A stretch of DNA of 64,000 nt. Source: Octopus bimaculoides. Taxonomy: Eukaryota. The stretch spans positions 4,232,283 through 4,296,282 of the forward strand of contig NC_068989.1 in assembly GCF_001194135.2 (NCBI RefSeq). Reading direction: 5' to 3'. Shown piece by piece: positions 13,861-27,648 of the stretch. Under the pieces are notes generated by a model. That model ran no database searches. It saw only the letters and a list, made by a program, of their open reading frames with translations, and was not told the origin of the DNA. Each line of letters opens with the position of its first letter. Positions within the stretch are counted from its first letter, which is position 1. A program made the translations under genes and the position numbers.

Positions 13861-14666
13861 CAGAGAGAGAGAGAGAGAGAGATTTATCGAAGTAGGCTTG
13901 TTAAACGTCAAGAGCTAAATGAATATGGAAAAGAAATGAAAAAATTTGTATGGTTTGACACTGAGGAAGTGAATGTGGGTGAGATATAAACAGATACTAA
14001 GAGGTAAGATAAACAGTGGGAGAAAGAAAGAAGGAGAACAAGAGAGAGAAGAAGGCAGAGATGGGTATGCATAAACACAGAGACTCCTACACCACACAAA
14101 TTGCAAATATATTTAGATATGGAAGATTTTTTTTTAAATCATTGTGGGTAATATAAAGATTTTTGAATTTAATGTTTAGCTGCTTTTATTTCTGTCTTAG
14201 TGTTTCCTTTACACGGGAAATAAAATTAGTGGTTATAAATAATGAATAAGTTTCTAAATAGTGACATGAAAACCGAGAGAAAGAGGGGGTTCGTTTGATA
14301 GGTATGTAGGTAATTATGTACGAAGATAGGTAGAGATGGAGGCAGGCTAATGGAAGGGCATGGAGACATAGAGACGGGCATGTACGAGTTCGTGCGAATG
14401 TGTGCGAAGATATTTGTGCATGCATGTATTTATGTGTATATATATATATATCCATGCTCCTGGAATAAATGGAAAGAATTGTACAAAGCTGGGACGAAGC
14501 ATCTTAGGTTGAAAAAAAAACACAGCAGATGGTTTTTTGAAAAAAATCTGATGGATAGATAGATACAGAGAGACGTGAGGGAGAGAGTGAAAGAGATGTG
14601 TATATATACATATGTGTGTGTATGTGTTTGTACACTTACACACAAGCTAATCAAAGTAGTGATATA

Positions 14667-14699
<33 letters not shown>

Positions 14700-14804
14700 N
14701 NNNNNNNNNNNNNNNNNNNNNNNNNNNNNNNNNNNNNNNNNNNNNNNNNNNNNNNNNNNNNNNNNNNNNNNNNNNNNNNNNNNNNNNNNNNNNNNNNNNN
14801 NNNN

Positions 14805-15070
14805 TTGTATATTCTCACCTATATATATGTATGTATGCATATATGTATGCATGATTGACCGTTGACTGAACACTATTCAATTTTTTTTTCTCCGTGTTTT
14901 TCTCCTTGTCTCCGTATTCTTTCTGTTGAAGAGCGTAGCTCGAAACGTCAAAGACTTTCCGTATTCCCGAGCGTCATACTAATATATACTTTTGTTATTT
15001 ACACCACCTGTCCTCGTCTGTTGTTATTTTTTGTATATTCTCACCTATATATATGTATGTATGCATATAT
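14805..15070 (+). mobile_element. Penelope-like element terminal (pseudo-LTR-like) fragment
   Basis: Carries the hammerhead motif. A 40-bp direct repeat (14805-14844 = 15031-15070) gives a 226-bp period typical of a tandem PLE terminus. Left end abuts a gap. Confidence 0.5.
14918..14954 (+). ncRNA. Minimal type I hammerhead ribozyme motif (Penelope-like element type)
   Basis: Stem I TCTTT (14918-22)/AAAGA (14950-54); core CTGTTGA+A; stem II GAGC-GTA-GCTC; GAAAC; GTC cleavage triplet; loopless palindromic stem III (ACGT). Core position A6 is U. Confidence 0.65.
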
Positions 15071-15233
15071 AATTTTAAGAAAGGAGTAGTAAATAAACAT
15101 ACGAACATATACATGTATATATGTGTGCGTGTGTGTATGTAAATATGTACATATATATATATGTATATATATGTATATATATATATACATACATACATAT
15201 ATACATACATACATATAGATGCATACATGTTTA

Positions 15234-15301
<68 letters not shown>

Positions 15302-16629
15302 TAACGAGAGAAGTATAGAATCTGAGCTTGTGCGTGTATCTATTTGTTGTGTGTGTGTGTGTGCGTGTGTTTTAAAGCTAGATTATTGTTAGTAGATATC
15401 TTCTTGTGATGGGAAGGCACAAGAGACATAGCCTGGGTCGATAAGAGAGAGGGTGAGGTTTCCTAAGTGAAGGAACTTCGAGTTCACAATCGATCGACTT
15501 CTATTTCTATTTATTTATTTATTTATTCATTGTTTTTTTTTCTTGATCTCTATGATTTTTTTTTTTTCCCCTTTCTTAAATTATTTTTTTCTAGAAGCTT
15601 CCCGAAGCTTGTTTAAATGCTATTTGCTTAAGTTGTGTTTCTTGTTGGCAGGCTGATTGGCTGGTTGGCGGAGGATGTTGATTGTGTTTAGTAGTCACAT
15701 TGGTGGTAGTGGTAGTGGTGGTGACCGTGGTGGTGGTGGTGGTTGTTGTTATTGTTATCGTTGTCTTTGTTGTTGTTGTCGTGGTTATTGCTGTTGTTGA
15801 AGATTTCCTTATTTTTTTTTCCTTATATATTGTTTGTTTTATCATTTCTGTACGAAGCTCTGGTGTTTTCTATGAGTGACATGGTGGTGGTGTCGACGGT
15901 GCAGGTGGTGGTGGTGGTGGTGGTGATGGTAGTTATAGTGATGCTCAATGTTGTAGTTGCGGTGGTGATGGTGGTGGTGAGGTTGCTTCTTTGNNNNNNN
16001 NNNNNNNNNNNNNNNNNNNNNNNNNNNNNNNNNNNNNNNNNNNNNNNNNNNNNNNNNNNNNNNNNNNNNNNNNNNNNNNNNNNNNNNNNNNNNNNNNNNN
16101 NNNNNNNNNNNNNNNNNNNNNNNNNNNNNNNNNNNNNNNNNNNNNNNNNNNNNNNNNNNNNNNNNNNNNNNNNNNNNNNNNNNNNNNNNNNNNNNNNNNN
16201 NNNNNNNNNNNNNNNNNNNNNNNNNNNNNNNNNNNNNNNNNNNNNNNNNNNNNNNNNNNNNNNNNNNNNNNNNNNNNNNNNNNNNNNNNNNNNNNNNNNN
16301 NNNNNNNNNNNNNNNNNNNNNNNNNNNNNNNNNNNNNNNNNNNNNNNNNNNNNNNNNNNNNNNNNNNNNNNNNNNNNNNNNNNCAAAGGTTGAGATGGTG
16401 AGATGGTTGGGTGGTTAGAAACACTGCATTATGGGAAAACATTTAATGGAAGTTTCAGATTTAATAAGAGAACAAAGAAAGAGAAAACAAGAAGTTTAAA
16501 AAAAAAATGAACAAATACGTTTTGTGTTCTTAATGACTGGCGTAGAGTATTTTCATTGAGTACACAATCATCATCATCATAATTATTACTACTACAACTC
16601 TTCGCATTATCATCATCATCATCATCACG

Positions 16630-16676
<47 letters not shown>

Positions 16677-16695
16677 TATCATTATTATTACATAA

Positions 16696-16888
16696 GGCGG
16701 CGAGCTGGCAGAACCGTTAGCACGATGGACGAAATGCCTTTGCGAGTTCAAATTCCGACGAGGTCGACTCTGCCTATCATCCTTTCGGGGATCGATAAAT
16801 TAAGCACCAGCGAAACTCTGGTGTCGACGAAATCAATTAGTCCCCTCCCAACAAATTTGAGGCCTTGTGCCTCCAGTAGAAAGGATCA

Positions 16889-16955
<67 letters not shown>

Positions 16956-17185
16956 AGGCGGCGATTCTGGCAGAATCGTTAGCACGCCGGGCGAAATTCT
17001 TAGCTGTATTTGGTCTGTCTTTACGTTCTGACTTCAAATTCCGCCGAGGTCGACTTTGCCTTTCATGCTTTCAAGGTCGATAAATTAAGTACCAGTTGCG
17101 TACTGGGGTCGATCTAATGAAGTGGCTTCTTCCCCCAAAATTTCAGACCTTGTGCCTATAACAGAAAGGATTATTATTATTGTTA

Positions 17186-17235
<50 letters not shown>
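16696..17235 (+). mobile_element. Head-to-tail pair of family A1 SINEs with (ATT)n tails
   Basis: GGCGGCGAGCTGGCAGAA at 16696 and GGCGGCGATTCTGGCAGAA at 16957. Both end ccttgtgcct...agaaagga then (ATT)n. Confidence 0.9.
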
Positions 17236-18067
17236 GTTATTATTGTTGTTGTTGTTGTTGTTTTTGTTGTTCTTGTTGTTGTTATTATTATTGCTATTGA
17301 GGTTAAAGTTTTTTTTTTTAATATTGATTATCAATAAATCACTATTAATATTACTACAACTAGTACGGGTAGTATTACTGCTTCTACTACTACTACTACT
17401 ACTGCTCATATTTCTAATGTTATCTCATTTACTACTACTAATAGTTTTGCAATTTTTCACGTATCTGCTTTATAGGAAGTCCATTCCCGTGAGCCACAGG
17501 TGCATAAAGTTTGCTCCTTTCTTGTGTGTGCGGCTTGCTTTGATGTCGTTTATAGAGTTATTTCCTTATTATTTCAGTTGCGCTTTTTAATGGTATTTTT
17601 TGTGTAATACGTGAATTTTGTTTGTCATTCTAGTTATATTTTGTGGTAGTGGTTAAACTTAACATATTGTGATTTTGTGTGTTTGCCATATTTTTTTACA
17701 AAAATACACACTCATATACATATTATCAACTGGGATATTTTTTACTGTTGTATATCTTTCTCTTACATCCATACCATAACATAAATACTAACCCTAAGAA
17801 CAAAGAAACGGACACAGAGACAAGACTGCAACTGACCTCCGGTATGGAGGTAATGACATTTACAAGGTCGCGAACAGCGACAGAATGGATTCACAAAAAT
17901 AACTAATTGATTCTTTAATGAATGACTAATGAAACAATGAAATAGTTAATTGTTTAAACAGTTAACCAATTGACGGATAATAAAGAAGAGAAACAGAACC
18001 AGAGCGTGTCTTTATCATTGGTACAATCAACTTCTCGAGACAACAGAATCTCCACGCTCTAGATGTT

Positions 18068-18120
<53 letters not shown>

Positions 18121-19341
18121 TATATACATATATATGCATACATACATATATATATTATTTGAAATATATATTCTATATATTCATATTGGTGAAATCCCAA
18201 ATTTGTAATAATATATGCATAGATATATGCATATATATATGTATGTATATATATACATATATATATAGACATATATAAGAGAGATAATATGATGTCATTA
18301 ATGCACCCTTAGTCTAGTTTATCGCCACTCCTCACCCTAGGGGATGTAGCTTTGATGATTTTCCAGTACACGGAGTTGTAATTCCGCATTACTACAGTTT
18401 ACAGATGGATTTGTTGAGAAGAGTAGAGTCTCTAGTACAAAAGGAATGTGCGTGCTGTGTGTATCTACTTTTAAAACTATATTCGTTTCGCCGTAAGCCA
18501 ATGCAGTGTAATTCTTCTTGACAACACCTGCGGTTGTTTTCTTTGATCTGCACATAGAAACCTTTGAGATGCACTTCACCTTAAGTTGACGGAAAATCAT
18601 AGCATAGCATCAGTATGAAAGTTGCTTTTATTTGTTTGTGTGTGTGGTGGGGGCGTGTATTTGATTTTGATTATTACATTTTCCTGTTTTTTCGTATGGT
18701 TGCATTTCACATCCTCTCTGTTGTTAAACCGCCCTGCACGCATCAACAATGGAAGCCTGAGTACCATCGACGACACATTTCTAACAGTACTTCTTCTATT
18801 CAAGTAACAGTATTACAATCTCTTAGAGCATAATCCTTCCCATACTTCCTCCATTGACAAACAACCATTTCCACGTTGTTATCTTCTGATCATAGGCGAC
18901 TAAATAAAATTTATCAATTCGATGCTTCGTAATTTTCTTTCATAGACCGACAGAAATTATCAAATGTGTCTAGGCACACTGAGTAGGGACACAGTGAATC
19001 TCAGATTTGGACGAATGAAATCTGCCATTTATTAATTGGTTAATGAATCTCTAATTTGCATATGCAAAAGTTTCAATATGATTTAAAATTCCTGGCTTTA
19101 AGGGGATCCTAGGATGCTTAAAAGGTATCATGGGATGCTTAAAAATTCCAGGCTTTAAGGGTATCACAAAAGGCGTGTATGGAGGCTCAATTTTCAGAAT
19201 TCTTTTACAGATACAAGTGTGTGAATCTGAGAGGTGAATATGTTGAATAAAATCATAATTAATTAATCCTCCTGTATTTTCTTTTATCCAAAGTCAGGAA
19301 CTTTTCAGCACACACAAATTCAAAATAATTATTTATATATA

Positions 19342-19405
<64 letters not shown>

Positions 19406-21254
19406 NNNNNNNNNNNNNNNNNNNNNNNNNNNNNNNNNNNNNNNNNNNNNNNNNNNNNNNNNNNNNNNNNNNNNNNNNNNNNNNNNNNNNNNNNNNNNNN
19501 NNNNNNNNNNNNNNNNNNNNNNNNNNNNNNNNNNNNNNNNNNNNNNNNNNNNNNNNNNNNNNNNNNNNNNNNNNNNNNNNNNNNNNNNNNNNNNNNNNNN
19601 NNNNNNNNNNNNNNNNNNNNNNNNNNNNNNNNNNNNNNNNNNNNNNNNNNNNNNNNNNNNNNNNNNNNNNNNNNNNNNNNNNNNNNNNNNNNNNNNNNNN
19701 NNNNNNNNNNNNNNNNNNNNNNNNNNNNNNNNNNNNNNNNNNNNNNNNNNNNNNNNNNNNNNNNNNNNNNNNNNNNNNNNNNNNNNNNNNNNNNNNNNNN
19801 NNNNNNNNNNNNNNNNNNNNNNNNNNNNNNNNNNNNNNNNNNNNNNNNNNNNNNNNNNNNNNNNNNNNNNNNNNNNNNNNNNNNNNNNNNNNNNNNNNNN
19901 NNNNNNNNNNNNNNNNNNNNNNNNNNNNNNNNNNNNNNNNNNNNNNNNNNNNNNNNNNNNNNNNNNNNNNNNNNNNNNNNNNNNNNNNNNNNNNNNNNNN
20001 NNNNNNNNNNNNNNNNNNNNNNNNNNNNNNNNNNNTATATATATATGTATGTATGTATCGATATATATGTATGTATATTGTACTTTCTCTATTGAGGCTT
20101 TCGAAGCTTTGGACATTAAGACATTCTTTTACAGTAATGTAAATAAATAAAGAACGCTTTTATTCTCATTCTAACGTTTAAGAATGGTTCCGCCTTTCTC
20201 GCTATGAAAGTATAAGAAGTATTTGTCTGCAAAGCGTGAAAGCATTTGTCATATGAAAACATGGGAACACTGTCTCATAGTTGTCATGTTTCAGAACTAT
20301 TTCGGAGTAATTCATTGTTACATGTAGCAATGTACTATTTACAGAAAGCAGAACAGAGAGCAAAATAATGGCATAATCGGGGGAAATGGTTGAAAATAAG
20401 AGTGAAAATGTATTACATTAAGTGAGAGTGAAACAGACAGACAGACAGAGAGTCAGAACAGGAAGGGGAAGGGCGAGAGGAAGGAGAGAGAGAAGAGAAG
20501 GAAGTCATATGGAAACATGACAGAAAGCTAACGTGAAAAGAGATCCATGTACCTTCGGTGAGAATTGGAGTAGGAGTGTCAGATGATCGAGAAAAGGAGA
20601 GAAAGGGGATATATAAAAGGCAGATAACTGGAAGTAAAGAATATATATATATATATACATATACATAGATATAGACACACACATATACATATATGCTAGT
20701 AAGTGAAAAACGTTTTTTTTTTCTTTCATAATTCACATAGTTTCCATGTTCGGTTTTCAAGTTACGTTTAGAAGTCTTTCAAAATTTTGATCTCTATTGA
20801 CATCGAAGTTTTTACTATGTGCATGTATGTGCGTGCGTGCGTTCATGCATGTGCTTGTGTGTACGTGTGTGTGCATGTGCATGTATGCGTCTATACGGAG
20901 AGAGAGAGAGGGGGGGAGAGAGGGAGAGAGAGGTAGGAAGAAAAGAGTGGAGAATTAAAATAGTTAATGAGAAAATAGGATAATGGAAAAGAGATTGACT
21001 TTTTCGAATTGCAATTTTCTCTTCCACCATTACTTAATTGTTGCACTGCAAATTATGTCATCAATTGCTTTTATTATTATTATTATTGTTATTTAATCTA
21101 AGCCCAGCTGATTAGAATGTTAAAACAATTAGAAATATCGTGCTCCAAGTAACCTCAGTTGCCAAGAATCTTCTTAAGTATCCTAGCTGTCCCTAAAATA
21201 CTGTTTTCTGGACCTGAATTAAACAAGGTTTTATGCCTGTTTCCTCTATCCATC

Positions 21255-21260
21255 TTATTA

Positions 21261-21333
<73 letters not shown>

Positions 21334-21356
21334 CATCATCATTATTATTATTATTA
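21255..21356. repeat. (ATT)n microsatellite
   Basis: Directly visible. Confidence 0.95.
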
Positions 21357-22072
21357 GCATCTTCTTTCAGTTCTGTTTCCATTTCTTGCCGAGTGTCGTC
21401 CTGACACCTAGGGCAGAGAAACGTACTGTATACATTGGTAGGCCATTAAAACAAGCCCACCAGATTGTCCATTTACAGAGTCATGTGACAGAGAAAAAAG
21501 GGAAGACGGAGAGAAAGAGGAAAGAATGAAAGAAAAGAAAAGTAAACAAATAAGATAAAAATGGGAAAAAGGAACGAAAATTTACAACGATTAATACGTG
21601 TGACTATTATTAATATTTTTATGCGAGCTGGCAAAGTCGTGGGAGAATTAGAGAAAATGCTTATGGATACTTCTTCCGGCAACATTACATTCGAAATTTA
21701 AATCCCGCCTTTCAGAGTTCAAATCGTGCTTTGTTTCTTTTTGGGTCTCTAAAATAAAGTAACTCCTCAAATACTGTGGTCATTGCTGTCGACAATGCCC
21801 TTTCCCTAACACTACTGGCCCTGTGAAAATGTCGCTGATTGCTACACGGACAGCAAATCTTTGACCTATCAGTTCTTTAGAGTAAGTGATACGATAATAG
21901 CTTAGAGTAATCCGTACGATTCCTCCGCTGGACTGTCAAAGCGTTGTCGTCATCATCCTTGTTATATGCGCAAATCCTGAGTTCACGTGAAGCCATGGGG
22001 AAAATCACTTGCCATGGTTGAATCGAAGTGGATCGAATATCGTTATATGAATCACAGATCTTAAATGGTGAT

Positions 22073-22129
<57 letters not shown>

Positions 22130-22224
22130 TGTATATAGATCACATGATCATGTTGTTATACATCACGGATGACAATACAGTTTCCGTCGTTTTAACTTTC
22201 GAATGACGCCTGTCCGCTTGTCAG

Positions 22225-22378
22225 TTGCAGTATTCCCCATTCACACCTGAGTTGACTGTAGCAGAGTCAAATAAAATATTTTGTTTCAGAACACAACGCA
22301 CCACTCACTTTGGGAGTCGAACTCACGACCTAGAGAACGTGAGTGCAGCACTCTTACCACTAAGCTACCCACCTTCCC
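22225..22378 (-). mobile_element. Family C SINE 5' part
   Basis: acacaacgca...ggagtcgaactcacgacc...cttaccactaagctaccc matches the reverse complement of a tRNA-like head. Confidence 0.6.
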
Positions 22379-22532
22379 ATATATATATATACCAAGAGAG
22401 AGAGAGAGAGAGGAAAGAGACAAAGAATTGTCATTTTGCCATGTAGAGAAAAAAGTGGGTGGTAAAGAATCAGTATTAAGTGTTTTGCTTATGTGTGTGT
22501 GGGTGTGTGTGTGTGTATGTGTGTGTGTGTGT

Positions 22533-22574
<42 letters not shown>

Positions 22575-23124
22575 AAGAGAGAGGATTAGAAAACAAGAAG
22601 CAGAGAGAGACAGACACACAGACACACAGAAACAGAGGGAAAAGAAGACACAAAGGAAGCGAGAGAAATTGAAAAACTACTGAATGAACGAGAGAGAGAC
22701 GAGCTGTAGGAATGTGTTAATTGAAAATTACACACAGCGAGACAATGAATGTATTGATTGTCGACCGAGATGGCGACAACTAAATAGTATAGTGACAATG
22801 ATCTGCACACACACACACACATACATACACATAAAGCCACACCCGCATGCAGATACAATCAAATATGCACACAGGTAAACATTCATTCACACAGATGTAC
22901 ATACACACACGTGCATACATATACACAAATGAAGCAGTAAACAAAGTACTAAATAAACAAACATGCAGCAAAAATATTGTAATTCACAGAAATATCAATG
23001 ACAACTATGCGCGCCTTTACAGATGGGTGTATATGAGTGTATATGAGTGTATATGAGTGCGCACACACATATCACTATTTGCTATACTTATAGTACATAT
23101 GTGCATGTGTATGAATGTGTGTGT

Positions 23125-23166
<42 letters not shown>

Positions 23167-23323
23167 TATGTATGTATATAGAGAGCAAGAAAACTACGTA
23201 TTAAATTCACACACCGCCCCTTCTATTCAATTCACATAATGCTCCTGCGATTGACGATAATGCTCTGTTTTTCGGTTGCAGTTTAGCACATAGAGACTGA
23301 ATGAATATATACATATATATGCA

Positions 23324-23375
<52 letters not shown>

Positions 23376-24576
23376 ATATATATACATACATATAGGCATA
23401 TCATGTATATAGAGATATCTGTTCATATATATATATATATATATATATANNNNNNNNNNNNNNNNNNNNNNNNNNNNNNNNNNNNNNNNNNNNNNNNNNN
23501 NNNNNNNNNNNNNNNNNNNNNNNNNNNNNNNNNNNNNNNNNNNNNNNNNNNNNNNNNNNNNNNNNNNNNNNNNNNNNNNNNNNNNNNNNNNNNNNNNNNN
23601 NNNNNNNNNNNNNNNNNNNNNNNNNNNNNNNNNNNNNNNNNNNNNNNNNNNNNNNNNNNNNNNNNNNNNNNNNNNNNNNNNNNNNNNNNNNNNNNNNNNN
23701 NNNNNNNNNNNNNNNNNNNNNNNNNNNNNNNNNNNNNNNNNNNNNNNNNNNNNNNNNNNNNNNNNNNNNNNNNNNNNNNNNNNNNNNNNNNNNNNNNNNN
23801 NNNNNNNNNNNNNNNNNNNNNNNNNNNNNNNNNNNNNNNNNNNNNNNNNNNNNNNNNNNNNNNNNNNNNNNNNNNNNNNNNNNNNNNNNNNNNNNNNNNN
23901 NNNNNNNNNNNNNNNNNNNNNNNNNNNNNNNNNNNNNNNNNNNNNNNNNNNNNNNNNNNNNNNNNNNNNNNNNNNNNNNNNNNNNNNNNNNNNNNNNNNN
24001 NNNNNNNNNNNNNNNNNNNNNNNNNNNNNNNNNNNNNNNNNNNNNNNNNNNNNNNNNNNNNNNNNNNNNNNNNNNNNNNNNNNNNNNNNNNNNNNNNNNN
24101 NNNNNNNNNNNNNNNNNNNNNNNNNNNNNNNNNNNNNNNNNNNNNNNNNNNNNNNNNNNNNNNNNCGAGAACATTTTTAAATAAGATCTTCCATTTGCGT
24201 TACATTTAATTACATTCCTTTCTTATATTCTTTCGTATTTACATTTCCTTTCTTTTCCGAATAGACCCCCACCCCACCCCACCCCCAGCCATCCGCTGAA
24301 GATGAGGGAGACGTTGACGTTAGAGGGGGAAAAAACTCTAGCAATTAGATGTATGTGCACTCGTAGGTGCACTCGTAACGTGTGTTCATACAGACATATA
24401 TGAGTGTGAGTGTGAGTGTGCGTCCGTGTGTGTGTGTGTGTCTGAATGATATATACACACATACACACACACATACACGCACTCGCAGGCAAAACTAAAA
24501 CAACTAGTTTTTAGTCCCGCTTCGTGGCACCTTGCTCAAGTGCCTACCGATATATTTTTGCGTCCATCAATCCCTT

Positions 24577-24860
24577 GTATTCGGTTCGCTATTGTGAGGT
24601 CATGCGTTCGATTCCCAGCGGTGCACTGGTTACTGGAGCAAAATGCTTTATTTAACGTTGTTTTATTCCATTCAACCGGCCAAAATGGGATGTACGTGTA
24701 ACTGAAAGGGCCAGTCGTGTCACACTCTGTGTCGCACTGAATCCCCTTGAGAACGACGTTAAGTGAATGGCAATTTGTGGGGTTACAAGTTAATTTCATG
24801 AGTAGGCTGTTCCGTTAATCGGACTGACTGCAACCCACGTCGTCGAAACTGACAGAGTAT
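24577..24860 (+). mobile_element. Family C SINE, near full length
   Basis: gaggtcatgcgttcgattccc (B box), ctttatttaacgttg, gtcacactctgtgtcgcactgaatc, taatttcatgagtaggctgttccgttaatcgga. Confidence 0.75.
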
Positions 24861-25509
24861 CAATAGTATTTGTGTACGGGTGGGTGGGTGTGTGTGTGTG
24901 TATGTGTGTATGTGTGTGTGTGAATGTATGCGTGCGTGTGTGAGTATGCGTGTGTGTGTGTGTGTGCTTATTTTTCCAGTCAATTTTCTTTCGAAATGGA
25001 TATAATCATTGAGTTGATGACTGATTACGTTTCCGTATTCGTTCTATAACTTATGAGTCAATTGTCTGACGAATGATATTGTATAAATGTGTCTCTAACA
25101 GATTACATCTTCGATTTCGTTCCGTAGTTTATCAACTCAGTTGTCGTAGGAATAATAAAAATATTCGTATAAGAGCTTATGTGATTTCCTTCAATAGTTA
25201 AGATAATGTTTGTTTAACGCATGACATACATAGAACGCAAAGGGAAAATCTTACAAATACTTTTAGTTTCAAGGCCGTATCTTGCTTGTTTAAGCATTAT
25301 ACAGAAACAAACTGCATTAATATAAAGCCAGTCATGCAGACGTCGTTCACTGAAGAGGATAGCCATTCCTCCTGTCAAATAATCATTAAAAAGACTGTAT
25401 TGGGAAAATCAATTGAAATACAAAAGCACTGCATCAGTTTCACTTGAAAGAGAAATTCTGTAAGGAAGTTTTCAATATTATTGGATGTTCTTAAAAATCA
25501 AAGTTAACT

Positions 25510-25688
25510 AATAATAACAATCGTTTGCACTATAGGCACAAAGCCTGAAATTTGAGGAAGGGAGGAATAATCGATTACATCGACCACAGCGCGTAACTGG
25601 TACTTAATTTTATCGACCCCAAAACGATGAAAGGCAAAGGCGAATCCGGCGGAGTTCGAACTCAGAAAGTAGCGGCAGATAAAATACC
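25510..25688 (-). mobile_element. Family A1 SINE lacking its 5' head
   Basis: tataggcacaaagcctgaaatttg tail plus the core; stops at ...gataaaatacc where the A2 copy begins. Confidence 0.8.
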
Positions 25689-25918
25689 TATTTCGTTATT
25701 GCCCACAAGGGGCTAAACATAGAGGGAACAAACAAGAACAGACGAACGGATTAAGTCGATTACATCGACCCTAGTGCGTAACTGGTACTTAATTTATCGA
25801 CCCCGAAAGGATGAAAGGCAAAGTCGACCTCGGGGAATTTGAACTCAGAACGTAACGGCAGACGAAATACCGCTAAGCATTTCGCCCGGCGTGCTAACGA
25901 TTCTGCCAGTTCGCCGCC
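25689..25918 (-). mobile_element. Family A2 SINE, full length (same head and core as A1, different tail)
   Basis: Reverse complement: GGCGGCGAACTGGCAGAATCGTTAGCACGCCGGGCGAAATGCTTAGCGG...tttagccccttgtgggcaataacgaaata. Confidence 0.9.
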
Positions 25919-26029
25919 TTATTCCCCCTTCCTCAAGTTTCAGACGATGGGGGTGGGGGTTGATTAGGCGGAACAGATTGCTCAGACGGTGATAAAAATG
26001 AGGATGGTGGTGAAAGTGATGCTGTATAA

Positions 26030-26500
26030 AGCTTATGATTCAACTAACGAAGATTATGATGAGGAGGACGCTGATGGTATACGATACGTTGGTCCTGATT
26101 ACGAATGGGATGCTGATGACTATAATGGCGATTATAACGACTATAATGGTATTATTGACCGTTATGATGATGACGGTGATGATGACGACGACGACGACGA
26201 TGACGATGATGGTGAGGAGGAGAAGGAGGAGGAGGTGGAAGAGGAAGAGGAGAATGTTAATCATGATGACTACGATGACGATGACGACGATGACGATGAT
26301 GGATTCATGATGGTAATCATGGGATTTTAGGATTATCAGCAAATTGATGATCAACTTGGCGATGATGATGACTTTCATTGGGATAAAACTGATCGCGACA
26401 GTTCTTATTGATAATGAGGAGAAAAAGGAGGAGGAAGAGGAGGAGGACGGCGGCGACGACGACGACGATAACGACGACTACTTCAGTGATTACAATGTTA
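26030..26500. repeat. Degenerate (GAT/GAC/GAG)n low-complexity tract
   Basis: Directly visible; produces acidic pseudo-ORFs. Confidence 0.8.
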
Positions 26501-26814
26501 AGGAAACGACCAAAGATAATTAGAAGGAACACGCGAGTTATAAAGAAATGGGCCGAAGAAAAATTCCTAATGTTAGATATTGTTGCTATTTCTCTCATTT
26601 GGTTTGTTGCTCATATTGCAATTAGCAACGTTTTCCTCGCAGATGCAAGTGTTATTGTTGTCGTTCATGTTGTTGTTTCTGATGACGATGCTGCTTGTTT
26701 TGTTGGCTGTTCAAGTTTCGCTTTTTGCTCTTATTAGCGTTCCCTTTGCATAATGAATGCTATTGGAGTAGAAATAGTAAAATAGCAATAGTTATTAGAA
26801 CAGTAGTAGTGGTA

Positions 26815-26826
26815 GTCGTGATAATG

Positions 26827-26884
<58 letters not shown>

Positions 26885-27020
26885 TAATAATAATAATAAT
26901 TAAAATAATGATGATGTTGATGATGATTATCATAATAATAACAATAATAATAGTTTCGTTATTAAATAATTATAATAATTACAATAAAATTGTTAATGTT
27001 NNNNNNNNNNNNNNNNNNNN

Positions 27021-27075
<55 letters not shown>

Positions 27076-27212
27076 TAATAATAATAATAATTAAAATAAT
27101 GATGATGTTGATGATGATTATCATAATAATAACAATAATAATAGTTTCGTTATTAAATAATTATAATAATTACAATACAATTGTTAATGTTAGAAATCAT
27201 CATCTTCTTCGC

Positions 27213-27251
<39 letters not shown>

Positions 27252-27389
27252 CATCATCCTCATCATTATCATTATTATTATTCTTATTATTATTGCCTTC
27301 ATTTTAAATACCATTATTATAGTTAAGAATCATCATAATTATTTTTATTATCGCAATTTTTAATATTACAATAGTTATTGTTATTATTA

Positions 27390-27444
<55 letters not shown>

Positions 27445-27510
27445 CATTATTTCCTTCGTTTTAAATACCATCATTATAGTTAAAATCGTCATCGTCATCA
27501 TCATCATGAG
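26815..27510. repeat. (AAT)n/(CAT)n/(ATT)n compound tract with a duplicated block across a 20-N gap
   Basis: Directly visible. Confidence 0.9.
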
Positions 27511-27598
27511 CTCATGAACGTTATCAAAATCATTGGTTCTCTTTTATATTAATCCTTCTCGTTACTGTTGCGTAATCAATCTCTCATTTTTAACCCAT

Positions 27599-27648
<50 letters not shown>

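Noticed and set aside
19083-19166. Short interleaved duplications (TTAAAATTCC.GGCTTTAAGGG, GGATGCTTAAAA)
   Set aside because: Ordinary local slippage; no further structure.
24295-24330. CTGAAGATG...GAGACGTT hammerhead-like relic
   Set aside because: No stem II partner strand and GAAA is broken.
25989-26330. Acidic Asp/Glu-rich ORF
   Set aside because: Degenerate GAT/GAG repeat, open in multiple frames, inside the RING intron with no convincing splice sites.
26821-27190. ~170-bp near-identical duplication
   Set aside because: The copies sit on either side of a 20-N gap; most likely an unmerged contig overlap or haplotype artefact.
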